64,000 bases of DNA from contig OZ244048.1 of NCBI GenBank assembly GCA_965215265.1, positions 160,001-224,000 of the forward strand, written 5' to 3'. Source of the stretch: Candidatus Poribacteria bacterium (GTDB taxonomy: Bacteria > Poribacteria > WGA-4E > WGA-3G). Shown piece by piece: positions 49,068-58,889 of the stretch; the stretch's first letter is position 1, and the number at the start of each line of letters is the position of its first letter. Both the position numbers and the translations under genes were made by a program. The notes below the pieces were generated by a model that saw only the letters and a program-made list of their open reading frames with translations, did not search any database and was not told the DNA's origin.

Positions 49068-50972
49068 ATGAACACGCTCATTGTTGCAATTTTGAGTTTT
49101 GTTGGATTCATTGTTGCTTATCATACTTATGGCAAATGGTTAGCAAGAAAGATTTTCGGATTAGATGTACAAGCAAAGGTGCCGAGCGAAGAGTTACGGG
49201 ATGACGTAGATTACGTTCCGACAAAGAAAGAGATCATCTTCGGGCATCACTTTACCAGCATTGCAGGAACAGGTCCTATAGTTGGTCCTGCCATCGCTGT
49301 CTTTTGGGGATGGCTGCCCGCATTGCTGTGGGTTATCCTCGGCTCGATTTTTATTGGTGCTGTACATGATTTCGGTGCACTGGTTGTCTCACTACGCAAC
49401 CGTGGACAGAGCGTCGGTGAAGTCGCGGGCAGAATGATTGCGCCGCGTGCCAAAATCCTCTTCCTTTTTGTGCTTTTTATGGGGTTAACCATTGTTCTTG
49501 CTATTTTCGGACTGGTTATCGCCCTCATTTTCTCCTACTACCCAGAATCAGTACTATCGGTCTGGGTGGAAATTCCGCTTGCTGTACTTATCGGTGTCTG
49601 GATCTATCGGAGAGGTGGGCATATCTTGTTTCCTTCCATCATTGCGCTCGGTATAATGTATATTGCTATGGCGATTGGTGCATACGTTCTCCCGATCGAT
49701 CTCGGGCACTGGTTAGGCATTCCGTTGCTTGGGCAGACTTACATAAGCGTTGTTGTGATTTGGACGTTAGTACTTTTTATATACTGCTTTATTGCATCCG
49801 TGCTGCCGGTATGGACACTTCTTCAACCGCGCGATTTTATCAACAGCCATGAATTGGTGTTAGCACTACTGCTGTTGGTGTTAGGGCTTGGTGTTGCTGG
49901 ATTAACAGGCCAAGCAAATTTAACGGCCTCTGCCCCTGCTATTGCCTCGGATATTCCGCCTGATGCACCGCCGATTTGGCCGTTCCTCTTCATTACAATA
50001 GCCTGTGGTGCTGTGAGTGGTTTTCACTGCATGGTGAGCTCTGGTACTTCCAGTAAACAGATTGCTTCAGAGGGGGATGCACAATACGTTGGTTATGGTG
50101 CGATGTTGCTGGAGGGTGGGCTTGCCGTTGTCGTTATCCTCGCTTGTTGTGCTGGCATTGGCATGGGGGTTTTCAATCGGACCGGCACCGGTGCGACGTA
50201 TACCTTCCAACCTATTGTCCGAGCAGAAAGTTCGCAACCTATAATGCATCAAGATGCATGGCGCACACGCTATGCAACGAGCAAAACAGTGGAAAACCCC
50301 GATGGAACAACTAGTCTCAAAGGGGGTTGGGCGAGTCATAACCTCAAAGCGAAAGTAAGTGCCTTTGTCGATGGCGGCGGGAATTTCCTCAGGAGCCTCG
50401 GCATTCCGCTCAAGATGGGCATTGCAATTATGGCGGTGCTTGTTGCCAGTTTCGCTGCCACCACGTTGGATACAGCGACGCGTCTCCAACGTTACGTAAT
50501 CCACGAGTTAGCACAAACCGCTAATATCAAACCTTTAACCAATCGTTACATTGCTACGGCTTTTGCGCTCGTGCTTGCGGCTGCTGTTGCCTTACTGCAG
50601 GGATCTAGCGGCCCCGGAAGCGGTGGCTTGACACTCTGGCCTCTCTTCGGTGCAACCAATCAACTCTTAGCTGGACTTGCATTCATGGTAATTGTCTTCT
50701 ACCTTCTCCGCCGCAATAAGCCACTCTGGTTCGCACTGCTACCAATGCTAGTTATGTTGGTGATGCCTGCCTGGGCAATGCTCCACCAAATGTTCAACCC
50801 ACAGACAGGTTGGCTCTTTACTGAACAGTACCTGCTCTTTGGATTTGGTGTTGCTGTGGAGGCACTACAGGTCTGGATGATAGTTGAAGGTGTCATCGCG
50901 TGGCGAAATGCACGCGGGAATTATCCAGAACTTCCACCTTTGAAAACCCTTGTTACTGATGCTCCAGGGTAA
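49068..50972 (+). CDS. cstA: Carbon starvation protein A (CstA) family transporter
   Basis: 'GHHFTSIAGTGPIVGP', 'LPVWTLLQPRD', 'LFITIACGAVSGFH', 'TTLDTATRLQRY', 'WPLFGATNQLLA'. Confidence 0.9.
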   Translation: MNTLIVAILSFVGFIVAYHTYGKWLARKIFGLDVQAKVPSEELRDDVDYVPTKKEIIFGHHFTSIAGTGPIVGPAIAVFWGWLPALLWVILGSIFIGAVHDFGALVVSLRNRGQSVGEVAGRMIAPRAKILFLFVLFMGLTIVLAIFGLVIALIFSYYPESVLSVWVEIPLAVLIGVWIYRRGGHILFPSIIALGIMYIAMAIGAYVLPIDLGHWLGIPLLGQTYISVVVIWTLVLFIYCFIASVLPVWTLLQPRDFINSHELVLALLLLVLGLGVAGLTGQANLTASAPAIASDIPPDAPPIWPFLFITIACGAVSGFHCMVSSGTSSKQIASEGDAQYVGYGAMLLEGGLAVVVILACCAGIGMGVFNRTGTGATYTFQPIVRAESSQPIMHQDAWRTRYATSKTVENPDGTTSLKGGWASHNLKAKVSAFVDGGGNFLRSLGIPLKMGIAIMAVLVASFAATTLDTATRLQRYVIHELAQTANIKPLTNRYIATAFALVLAAAVALLQGSSGPGSGGLTLWPLFGATNQLLAGLAFMVIVFYLLRRNKPLWFALLPMLVMLVMPAWAMLHQMFNPQTGWLFTEQYLLFGFGVAVEALQVWMIVEGVIAWRNARGNYPELPPLKTLVTDAPG

Positions 50973-51200
50973 GTGGAATGAATCTCTCTTTTCTATCGGT
51001 GCGGTCCCCTACTCTGTAAAACCCAGGCTGACAGAATGTCCGTCAAAGATGAATCAACGATCTGAAAGGGCGAAGCCTCCAATTCTGCTCTGAAATATGT
51101 CTTGAGAAAGAAGTGGATATAGCTCGGCACTCCTAACGTAAAATTATCGCCGGTTTCCAAGTTCCTTCCATTGTGCGATTTTAAGAGATAGTTATCATTT

Positions 51201-51686
51201 TTAGTCGTTTGGTTCTGATAGTTTACGTGCTGCAGCTAAATATAATTCTTGGCCTTGCTTCTGAAATGGGCATGACTTAACTGGATTGTCAGGGAATTTT
51301 GAGAACAAAGCCGTTTGACTAACCTCATCAAGGTCTAATGGATATCCTAACTGCTTGATTTCTCCCAAGTAAGCGAGGCCCCAGTATTCAAGATCGAACA
51401 TGAAACAGTGGATGTAACACAGAACTTCAATGTTTTTTAGCGTCGCCCCGGTTTCCTCTAGTAGTTCACGGTGAGCAGCTTCCTCGGCCGATTCCCCCGG
51501 TTCAACCCTTCCTCCAGGTAACATCCAGTTTTGATTCTCACGCCATTTGCAGAACAGGATGCAATTTTGCTGATGGGCGAGACAAACCACAAACTGGATT
51601 TGCCCTATGTCTGCTGGTGGCTCTCCCCAATAGAGTAACATATTTCCTGCTTGTCCTTCAATTTTTTGAACCGTTTTTTTTCGCAC
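51201..51686 (-). CDS. NUDIX hydrolase
   Basis: Nudix box 'GGRVEPGESAEEAAHRELLEETG'. Confidence 0.9.
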   Translation of the reverse strand: MRKKTVQKIEGQAGNMLLYWGEPPADIGQIQFVVCLAHQQNCILFCKWRENQNWMLPGGRVEPGESAEEAAHRELLEETGATLKNIEVLCYIHCFMFDLEYWGLAYLGEIKQLGYPLDLDEVSQTALFSKFPDNPVKSCPFQKQGQELYLAAARKLSEPND

Positions 51687-51925
51687 TACCGTCTGAAGTT
51701 CCTTTCATTGTTATTAATCTGTGAGACAGATTCCACAGTTTTCCGTATTTTGGAATAAGCAGCGTATACGCCGGTCCGGAAAGTTCGAAACAGACATCTT
51801 TGACAAAAAGTGCCGGATGTCCTCCTAAAAGGCGACAGGTGGCATGCGTTTTTTTCCTCAAAACTTATACTTTTTATTTATAATAACACATCCGTGAATT
51901 ATTTTCAAGCAGAGATAAATCAGGC

Positions 51926-51985
51926 GGAGAAAAAAGAGAAAGAGGTGTGATGGCATTCGGCACACGGCCTACTCACCATCACACC
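51926..51985 (-). terminator. Hairpin plus pyrimidine/U tract downstream of the cohesin-dockerin-FGE gene
   Basis: The minus strand reads GGTGTGATGG-N22-CCATCACACC followed by TCTTTCTCTTTTTT. Confidence 0.65.
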
Positions 51986-52046
51986 CCGGGTTTTATCTTT
52001 GGCTGTTCATAAGCCTATCTGCATGCGGATCGGAACGGGTAAAGAT

Positions 52047-53567
52047 TTAAGGAGTAACAGCCCTCGCACACCGGAACCCGAAGCTGTCGAACGTGTACGT
52101 CGGTGTACCCCCGTTGCGATCGGCGACACGCAGGGAACGTGAATTAAAGTTCCAACTCCCGCCACGCAACACGCGATATGACTTAACATGTGTGAATTTA
52201 TTTACAATCAAATCCAGATTCGATATGGTGTTCACGTCGCTCAGCGGATTCCGAGACGGCGAACTAAAATAGAAATCCGAATCATACGCATCCAGACACC
52301 ACTCGTAAACGTTGCCGGCCATGTCGAACAGCCCATACCCGTTCGCCACATAATCCCCCACAGCCGTTGTATCGTTTACAGTCCTATGGTAGTTCGCCTT
52401 CGCAGGGGATATCGTATTTCCCCACGGATACTTTAACCCTACCCAACCACCCCGTGCCGCTTTCTCCCATTCCGCCTCCGTTGGAAGCCGCTTACCTACC
52501 CACACGGAATATGCCATCGCCGCATACCACGACACATACGTCACAGGATGGTTCGCCTTACCCGAAGGATAGTTATTACCACTCCAATGGTTTAGGTAAT
52601 TACCATCATGGAGGGCATCCGGAAGACGCGTCTTCTGCCACTGCGGGTTCGCCAGCACAAAACGTTTGTATTCCAGATTCGTCACCTCGTGCGTGTCCAT
52701 GTAGAACGCGTCCACATACACCGTATGCACAGGCTGCTCGTCATTATCGGCATCGGCATCATCACTGCCCATCTGGAATGTGCCGGCGGGGATGAGCACC
52801 ATCCCGGCGGGTGCCGACGGCAGCTCGGTAGTGGGGGTGACCGGCGGCGAGGTAGTGCTACCGCTTGTGGTGCCGAAATTCTGCGCAACCAACACCAGAT
52901 CCGCTATATTCACTACATTATCACCGTTCACATCCGCGCTATTTTGACCCCGCACACCCAAACGCGCCGCTACTAGTGCCAGATCCGCTATATTCACTAC
53001 ATTATCACCGTTCACATCCGCTGGATTCTGCAGAGGATTCTGGGGTGCTGGCACAACTTCCCCATTTACCACACGTGGACTTATCGTCCTACCAGTCGCA
53101 TCCACCACCAGCACATCTGTTAACGTCAATTGCGACGATTTCACAGAGACTATCGCAAACGTCACCGATGCAAGTGTCCCTCCACCGCTGCTACTACCGC
53201 CTAGTGCTGTGGCACCTACCTTCACGCTGCCCCTGCCCACCTCTTCAATCGGCGGCACTACAAACGCACCCGCTGGCAGATAGCTCCCGTTTGCCGAGCG
53301 CACATACCGCAGTGCTGAGCTGTCATACTTCACCGTCGCTTCATACCCGGCAACCTGATTCCCGCTCGCTATCTGAAGTTGAATAGTGAATTCACGCCCT
53401 ACCGACGGCGAATTCACCGTGGCAGGCAAAATGCTCACTGTTTGCGCGTATACATCCCCAACACTACCTAAACTCAGAACCATACACGCCAACATAGACA
53501 ACATCATTGAACCGTTTTTAGCACACATTAAAGGGCTCCAAACCTTTGACACGTTTTTATCATACAT
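52047..53567 (-). CDS. Secreted cohesin + dockerin + FGE-sulfatase (SUMF1/CLec-fold) domain protein; candidate DGR target
   Basis: Signal peptide, cohesin-like beta sandwich ('GYEATVKYDSSAL', 'GTLASVTF'), two 'DVNGDNVVNIADL' repeats, S/T/P linker, and FGE motifs 'MVLIPAGTFQMG', 'RLPTEAEWEKAARGG', 'NGYGLFDMAGNVYEW', 'RVLRGGSW', 'GFRCA'. Confidence 0.9.
   Translation of the reverse strand: MYDKNVSKVWSPLMCAKNGSMMLSMLACMVLSLGSVGDVYAQTVSILPATVNSPSVGREFTIQLQIASGNQVAGYEATVKYDSSALRYVRSANGSYLPAGAFVVPPIEEVGRGSVKVGATALGGSSSGGGTLASVTFAIVSVKSSQLTLTDVLVVDATGRTISPRVVNGEVVPAPQNPLQNPADVNGDNVVNIADLALVAARLGVRGQNSADVNGDNVVNIADLVLVAQNFGTTSGSTTSPPVTPTTELPSAPAGMVLIPAGTFQMGSDDADADNDEQPVHTVYVDAFYMDTHEVTNLEYKRFVLANPQWQKTRLPDALHDGNYLNHWSGNNYPSGKANHPVTYVSWYAAMAYSVWVGKRLPTEAEWEKAARGGWVGLKYPWGNTISPAKANYHRTVNDTTAVGDYVANGYGLFDMAGNVYEWCLDAYDSDFYFSSPSRNPLSDVNTISNLDLIVNKFTHVKSYRVLRGGSWNFNSRSLRVADRNGGTPTYTFDSFGFRCARAVTP
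52895..53021. repeat. Perfect 43-bp direct repeat (52895-52937 and 52979-53021) encoding the two dockerin Ca-binding loops
   Basis: CCAGATCCGCTATATTCACTACATTATCACCGTTCACATCCGC occurs twice with an 84-bp period. Confidence 0.92.
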
Positions 53568-53677
53568 TACATACCTCTAAATGCCGCGAAACGCTCGCCG
53601 CTAAATCGGAGTGCTTGGAGCCGGGACCGCCGCGTCAAACGCAGACGGCACAAACCCCTTTACACATCTGTCTCCCT

Positions 53678-53929
53678 TTACTTCCTTATCAACATCTTCT
53701 GCGTCGCGGAGAAGTCGCCCGCACACAGCGTATAGAAATAGATACCACTTGCAACACGCTCACCATGCTCGTTACGCCCATCCCAATACGCGGCGCGTGC
53801 CTTGCTCTCGTAGCGGCCCGCCGCTTGATGTCCCAATGCTAACGTCCGGACTAACCGCCCGTCCAACGCATAGATAGATATCTCCACATCCGATGGCACT
53901 GCCAGCTGGTATAGCAACCACGTCTCTTC
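53678..53929 (-). pseudogene. Isolated FlgD-Ig/T9SS-type C-terminal sorting domain (gene remnant or stand-alone mini-protein)
   Basis: 'ETWLLYQLAVPSDVEISIY...AAYWDGRNEHGERVASGIYFYTL...KMLIRK'. It lacks the preceding NYPNPFNP and any passenger domain, and an in-frame stop lies just upstream. Confidence 0.7.
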
Positions 53930-54256
53930 GTACGATGACGTACAGTATCTATGCCGTTATGGCAACGGTTGCTTTTATACAAGTTTATCAGAAAACAACA
54001 CTTTTTGGCAAAGTTTACAGTATCGCACAATGAACATTTTATTGTCAACTCTTTTTTTCAAATTTTTTCGCCTCTTTCAGCACGTCACCGACGGTTTTTT
54101 GGTATCTTTCAGCACATAAGACAATGCAAAACAGAGATTGGCCCTGGCGACATTTGTACAACGGTTATCAAAACATCAGACGACATCGATGGACTCAAAT
54201 ACACAAAAATCGGATGTCACATCACATAAACCCGTATAGTACCGAGATAGACAAGT

Positions 54257-54751
54257 TTATCTTGCAGGCCCAATCAGCAGCACCGCGGCTGGCAGCGATG
54301 TCTTTTCCGAGTTTTCAAACGCTCTATTGATACTGCGCATGTCAGCATCAGTTGCCAATATCTCATAAGGCAAACTCCACGCGTGCAACGTCGGCTCCAA
54401 CAATGTCGCGACTGAATCAACCCACTGGCCATTTTCATCTCGATTATGATAGCCACGATACCCGATGAAGACTACAACGGGTATCTGCATATTTATAACT
54501 GTGCCGCGGATAGCATCGCCGGATGCCAGAAAGCCTGTGTTCTGGATGATGATAACAGGTCGTTTGCCGCCGACATACAACCCGGCGGCGATGGCGAATG
54601 CCTCGCCCTCGCGGGTTACCGTGATGACTTCAATGTCTGATTCTACCCGGAGGCAGTCATAAATTTTCGCACTGCCATTATCTGGAACGCCCACAGCATG
54701 TGTGATATTCCATTTTTTCATTTCATCCACTATGTTTTGTGCTGATACCAT
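54257..54751 (-). CDS. Sulfopyruvate/phosphonopyruvate decarboxylase alpha-subunit-like (ThDP Pyr domain) protein
   Basis: 'GVPD', 'VTREGEAFAIAAG', 'QNTGF', 'IGYRG'. Confidence 0.8.
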   Translation of the reverse strand: MVSAQNIVDEMKKWNITHAVGVPDNGSAKIYDCLRVESDIEVITVTREGEAFAIAAGLYVGGKRPVIIIQNTGFLASGDAIRGTVINMQIPVVVFIGYRGYHNRDENGQWVDSVATLLEPTLHAWSLPYEILATDADMRSINRAFENSEKTSLPAAVLLIGPAR

Positions 54752-54919
54752 CTCGGACTCCTATGTGCGTTCTGACAAAATGCATGAGGGACAGATGTAG
54801 ATTTCTGTCCCGATTCAGGCCCCTAATATCTAGCCAAGGATTTCTGTCAAGTTATCAGAAAATCACGGACACAAGATTTTGGCTGGATCGGATAACCTCA
54901 TAACCGCTTGCAGCTCAGC

Positions 54920-56863
54920 TTACCTTCTGCCTTCAACTAAAGCGTCAACGACTGTTGCATCTGCGAGCGTTGAAATGTCGCCGAGGTCAGTGATGTCACC
55001 TTCTGCAATTTTGCGAAGAATACGCCGCATAATCTTACCAGAGCGGGTTTTCGGTAAAGCGGGCGCAAACTGAATCTTATCCGGTGTCGCGATGGGCCCG
55101 ATATGTTGGCGTACCGCTTGTTTAACGCCTGTCTCTACTTCATCGGATGGGGTTTCCCCTGTCATGAGCGTGACATACGCATAGATGCCTTGCCCTTTGA
55201 TATCGTGTGGATATCCGACAACTGCAGCTTCTGCTACTGCCGAATGCTGTCCGATCGCGCCTTCAACTTCGGCGGTGCCTAACCTGTGTCCGGAGACATT
55301 TAGCACGTCATCAACGCGGCCCGTGATCCAATAGTAGCCGTCTTCATCACGGCGTACCCCGTCGCCTGTCATATAGTAGCCGGGGAAACGTCTGAAATAG
55401 GTATCAATAAACCGCTCGTGGTCTCCGTAAACTGTTCGCATCATGCCGGGCCACGCTGTTTTGATGCACAGATAACCTGATGCGGGATTTCCTTCTACCT
55501 CATTGCCGGCTTCGTCCAAAATGACCGGTTGAATGCCGAAGAAGGGGAAGGTTGCGGACCCCGGTTTCAGCGGGGTGGCACCAGGCAGTGGCGTGATTAG
55601 AATCCCGCCGGTTTCAGTTTGCCACCAGGTATCGACAATCGGGCAGCGTTTCTCGCCCACTGTGTTATAGTACCAAAGCCACTCAGGCTCTTTAATCGGC
55701 TCCCCTACCGTTCCAAGCAGTCTGAGTGAGGTTCTCTCATACCTCTGAACCCATTGGTCTCCCTCTTTCATCAAGGCACGTAACGCCGTAGGTGCGGTGT
55801 AAAAGAGATTAATATTATGCTTTTCCACCACCTGCCAAAACCGGCTGAAGTTTGGATAGTTCGGCACGCCTTCAAACATTACGGTAATAGAACGGTTTGC
55901 AAGGGGGCCATAGATAATATAGGAATGCCCAGTAATCCAACCAATATCTGCTGTGCACCAATAGATATCACCCTCATGATAGTCAAAAATTTGTTGATGC
56001 GTATAAGAGGTGTAAACGAGATACCCGCCTGTCGTATGCAGCACACCCTTAGGTTTGCCCGTTGAGCCGGAGGTGTAGAGTATGAAGAGCGGGTCTTCAG
56101 CATCCATGACTTCAGGCTCACACTCGGTGTCTGCCTCCGCCATCGCTTGGTGCCACCATACATCACGCCCTGAGTCAAAATCAACTTCGTCGCTGGTGCG
56201 TTCCACGACAATAACCTTTTCAACGGAAGGGCATTCTGATACAGCAGCATCGGCGTTCGCTTTCATCGGAATATCGCTTCGGGGACCGCGCATTGCGGTG
56301 TCTTGGGTTATGAGTAGTTTGCACGTCGAATCCTGAATCCGGTCACGTAGGGATTCCGCCGAAAAGGCACCGAAGACGATCGAGTGGATAGCTCCAATCC
56401 GGGCACAAGCTAACATGGCAATTGCCAATTCCGGTACCATCTGTAGATAAATACAAACCCGGTCGCCCTTGTGAACGCCTTGTGCTTTTAGGACATTGGC
56501 AAATTTTTTCACTTCTGCTAAGAGTTCGTTGTAGGTGAATGTTTTATCTTCGGAAGGATGGTTTCCTTCCCAAATAAGAGACGTTACGTCGCCGTGTCCA
56601 GCTTCAACGTGCCGGTCCAAGCAGTTATAGCATGCATTTAGAGTGCCTCCTTTAAACCATTCAATGTTCGCGTTGATAAAATCATAATCGCAAACGGTGT
56701 TCCATTTCTGATACCATGTCAGTCGTTCTGCGACATTTGCCCAGAATGCCTCCGAATCTCTAATGGATTCAGCATACTGTTCGTGGTATGCTTCTAAACT
56801 ATTGACATGTGCTTCACCGATAGGATAGTCAGTCTCCATCGGCGGGAAAAGGTTATTAACCAT
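54920..56863 (-). CDS. acs: Acetyl-CoA synthetase (AMP-forming)
   Basis: '[11 protein letters not shown]', '[10 protein letters not shown]', '[18 protein letters not shown]', '[12 protein letters not shown]'. Start after AGGAGA. Confidence 0.97.
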   Translation of the reverse strand: MVNNLFPPMETDYPIGEAHVNSLEAYHEQYAESIRDSEAFWANVAERLTWYQKWNTVCDYDFINANIEWFKGGTLNACYNCLDRHVEAGHGDVTSLIWEGNHPSEDKTFTYNELLAEVKKFANVLKAQGVHKGDRVCIYLQMVPELAIAMLACARIGAIHSIVFGAFSAESLRDRIQDSTCKLLITQDTAMRGPRSDIPMKANADAAVSECPSVEKVIVVERTSDEVDFDSGRDVWWHQAMAEADTECEPEVMDAEDPLFILYTSGSTGKPKGVLHTTGGYLVYTSYTHQQIFDYHEGDIYWCTADIGWITGHSYIIYGPLANRSITVMFEGVPNYPNFSRFWQVVEKHNINLFYTAPTALRALMKEGDQWVQRYERTSLRLLGTVGEPIKEPEWLWYYNTVGEKRCPIVDTWWQTETGGILITPLPGATPLKPGSATFPFFGIQPVILDEAGNEVEGNPASGYLCIKTAWPGMMRTVYGDHERFIDTYFRRFPGYYMTGDGVRRDEDGYYWITGRVDDVLNVSGHRLGTAEVEGAIGQHSAVAEAAVVGYPHDIKGQGIYAYVTLMTGETPSDEVETGVKQAVRQHIGPIATPDKIQFAPALPKTRSGKIMRRILRKIAEGDITDLGDISTLADATVVDALVEGRR

Positions 56864-56957
56864 TCTGTTTCTCCTGTCTAGGATGGGAGGAGTTACTTCC
56901 GCCCATGTGTTGTTTTCTCTCATCCTAAAATTATACTATAACGAATTCTGGAATCTG

Positions 56958-57680
56958 TCAACTCCAACTGAGCGCCACTATGTCCATCGTCATTGCGACA
57001 AGCCAGTGTATGGCCGCCCCATAGATAAAAGAGCGCGTCTCGAGAGCCAATACACCAAGGAATATACCTGCAACGATTGAGCCAATTGCCTCCGGCAAAG
57101 GCTTAGAATAGTGCATGATTGCAAATGGAACCGTCTGGATGAGGATACTATACTTCCCGAATCGTCGTTCTAATCCGAATAACATGAACCCACGAAAGAA
57201 AAATTCCCATGAAAACATGTAAACTCCGTATGCGAGTTGGTACGGCAGGAATGTCTGCCAACTGTCCGCGACGACTTTGCAAAGGGGGTACTTTTTAACG
57301 AAGGGTGGGTAAACCATCACTGCTGCGATAACTGTTGGAATCATAAGGAACCACGCACCTAATGTCACACTCCAACCGAGTTTCTGGCTCCCCAAACGAA
57401 ACCCGTACTCGTTCAGAGGTGTCTTTGTTCCGAATATAGCAACGAGAGCGGGAATCAGTAACAGCATGAGTGCCGTAGTTAAAAACCAGTAGTAATATGG
57501 ATAACTCTCTGCCAGCGGTCCGTCTCCGAAGGCGGCTGCGAAATGGAGTCGAAAAAAACGCGGACGGCTATAATACCTGTCGAGTGTTAATAGCAGCGAA
57601 GCAGTGAGCAAAATTACTGTCACTTGCCGTTCCCAGCCTTGTACATATTTTTCTTTTAATGTTTGGCGGCGCGAATTCAC
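56958..57680 (-). CDS. CPBP (CAAX protease/Abi) family intramembrane metalloprotease
   Basis: 'WEFFFRG', 'FAIMH..KP..E', 'AIHW' and multiple TM segments. Confidence 0.88.
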   Translation of the reverse strand: MNSRRQTLKEKYVQGWERQVTVILLTASLLLTLDRYYSRPRFFRLHFAAAFGDGPLAESYPYYYWFLTTALMLLLIPALVAIFGTKTPLNEYGFRLGSQKLGWSVTLGAWFLMIPTVIAAVMVYPPFVKKYPLCKVVADSWQTFLPYQLAYGVYMFSWEFFFRGFMLFGLERRFGKYSILIQTVPFAIMHYSKPLPEAIGSIVAGIFLGVLALETRSFIYGAAIHWLVAMTMDIVALSWS

Positions 57681-57821
57681 ATTGAATATCCTATGCGTTT
57701 TATGTTATTATACCATAGCATACACTTTTTCTGGAAGGCAGATATAGATGGTATATTACACACCTTAAAATCCACAGAATATGAACCTGAGAACAAAATC
57801 ATTCTACGGTACAAAAAAAGT

Positions 57822-58889
57822 ATGCGTGAGCTTGAACAAATTAACCGTATTTTAATCATAAGACTGGCTCCACTGGGGGAAACGATTTTAACAACGCCCG
57901 TTATTCGTGCGTTACGCCATCGTTTCCCAGATGCCTATATTGCCTATATGGTGGCACCCCAACGAGAAGAGTTGATTGCAGCAAATCCGCATCTGGATGA
58001 GGTGCTTACATATACATCCTCGGTACCACGCCTTATTTATCAGTTTGTGCGTAGGAGATTTCAGATGGCAGTGGTACTGCAACCGACGTTCCGTTTGGTA
58101 CTACACACATTTCTCGCCAGAATTCCTTTCCGCGTCGGATTTGAAACGAATAAGGAAGGGAGACTGCGCAAAATGCGCTTGCAAGCTGCACGCTATATGC
58201 TAAACCTGGTTGTGCCGAATAATACCGATCAGCATGAAGTGCAACGCTATCTTGATGTTGTCCGTTGGCTAGGTATTGATACAGTAAATGATGAGCCTGA
58301 GGTTTTTGTAGATAGTGCTGCTGCTGCCTGGGCAGACAATTTCTTCGAAAAACTGAACCTTGATGCCGGTCGTCCTTTAATAGGGCTTAACCCAGGGGCA
58401 GCGACAACCTATCGCCGATGGCCGAGGAATAATTTCGCTATTCTTGGTGATAGGCTTCGCAAAGCTTATCACGCACACATCATCATTACGACAGGGCCCC
58501 AGGAAGGCGAGCTCGCAGTTCAGATAGCAGACCAGATGCGGTTTTCTCCTGTTATTGTTAATGATACGACACCAATGCAGCTGGCTGCACTGCTTCAGCG
58601 TTGTCATCTCTACATTAGCAACGATACTGGTCCAATGCACTTAAGTACTGCGGTTAAGACTCCAACTATCGCGCTATTTGGCGCGTCAAACCCGCTGCAA
58701 TGGGGTCCGCCGTGGGGTAGTCATAAAATAGTTACTGCCAAAGACTGTTACTTTATGAGAACGTTATCACCGAAAGAATGGAATGCACATACTGAGATTG
58801 CACGTCAGAATCTGGAGGCGATTACTCCAGACGCAGTCATGGCTACAGTGGAGAAACTTAGATGGAAAAGCGGAATCGCGATACATTGA
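57822..58889 (+). CDS. Glycosyltransferase family 9 (LPS heptosyltransferase-like)
   Basis: 'RILIIRLAPLGE', 'NPGA...RRWP', 'ISNDTGPMHL', 'LFG'. Confidence 0.9.
   Translation: MRELEQINRILIIRLAPLGETILTTPVIRALRHRFPDAYIAYMVAPQREELIAANPHLDEVLTYTSSVPRLIYQFVRRRFQMAVVLQPTFRLVLHTFLARIPFRVGFETNKEGRLRKMRLQAARYMLNLVVPNNTDQHEVQRYLDVVRWLGIDTVNDEPEVFVDSAAAAWADNFFEKLNLDAGRPLIGLNPGAATTYRRWPRNNFAILGDRLRKAYHAHIIITTGPQEGELAVQIADQMRFSPVIVNDTTPMQLAALLQRCHLYISNDTGPMHLSTAVKTPTIALFGASNPLQWGPPWGSHKIVTAKDCYFMRTLSPKEWNAHTEIARQNLEAITPDAVMATVEKLRWKSGIAIH

Noticed and set aside
51000-51180. Start-less minus-strand frame (NLETGDNFTLGVPSYIHFF...) resembling a methyltransferase C-terminal remnant
   Set aside because: Short, with no diagnostic motif. 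It cannot be supported without a search.
52047-52810. Calling the FGE-domain protein a true formylglycine-generating enzyme
   Set aside because: The catalytic Cys pair after RGGS is absent and no sulfatase is adjacent.
53951-54330. Short plus-strand ORFs between the CTD remnant and the decarboxylase gene
   Set aside because: No RBS or motif support, and the composition resembles promoter/intergenic DNA.
54788-54811. GGGACAGA/TCTGTCCC hairpin between acs and the decarboxylase gene
   Set aside because: An 8-bp stem with no U-tract. Its function cannot be assigned.
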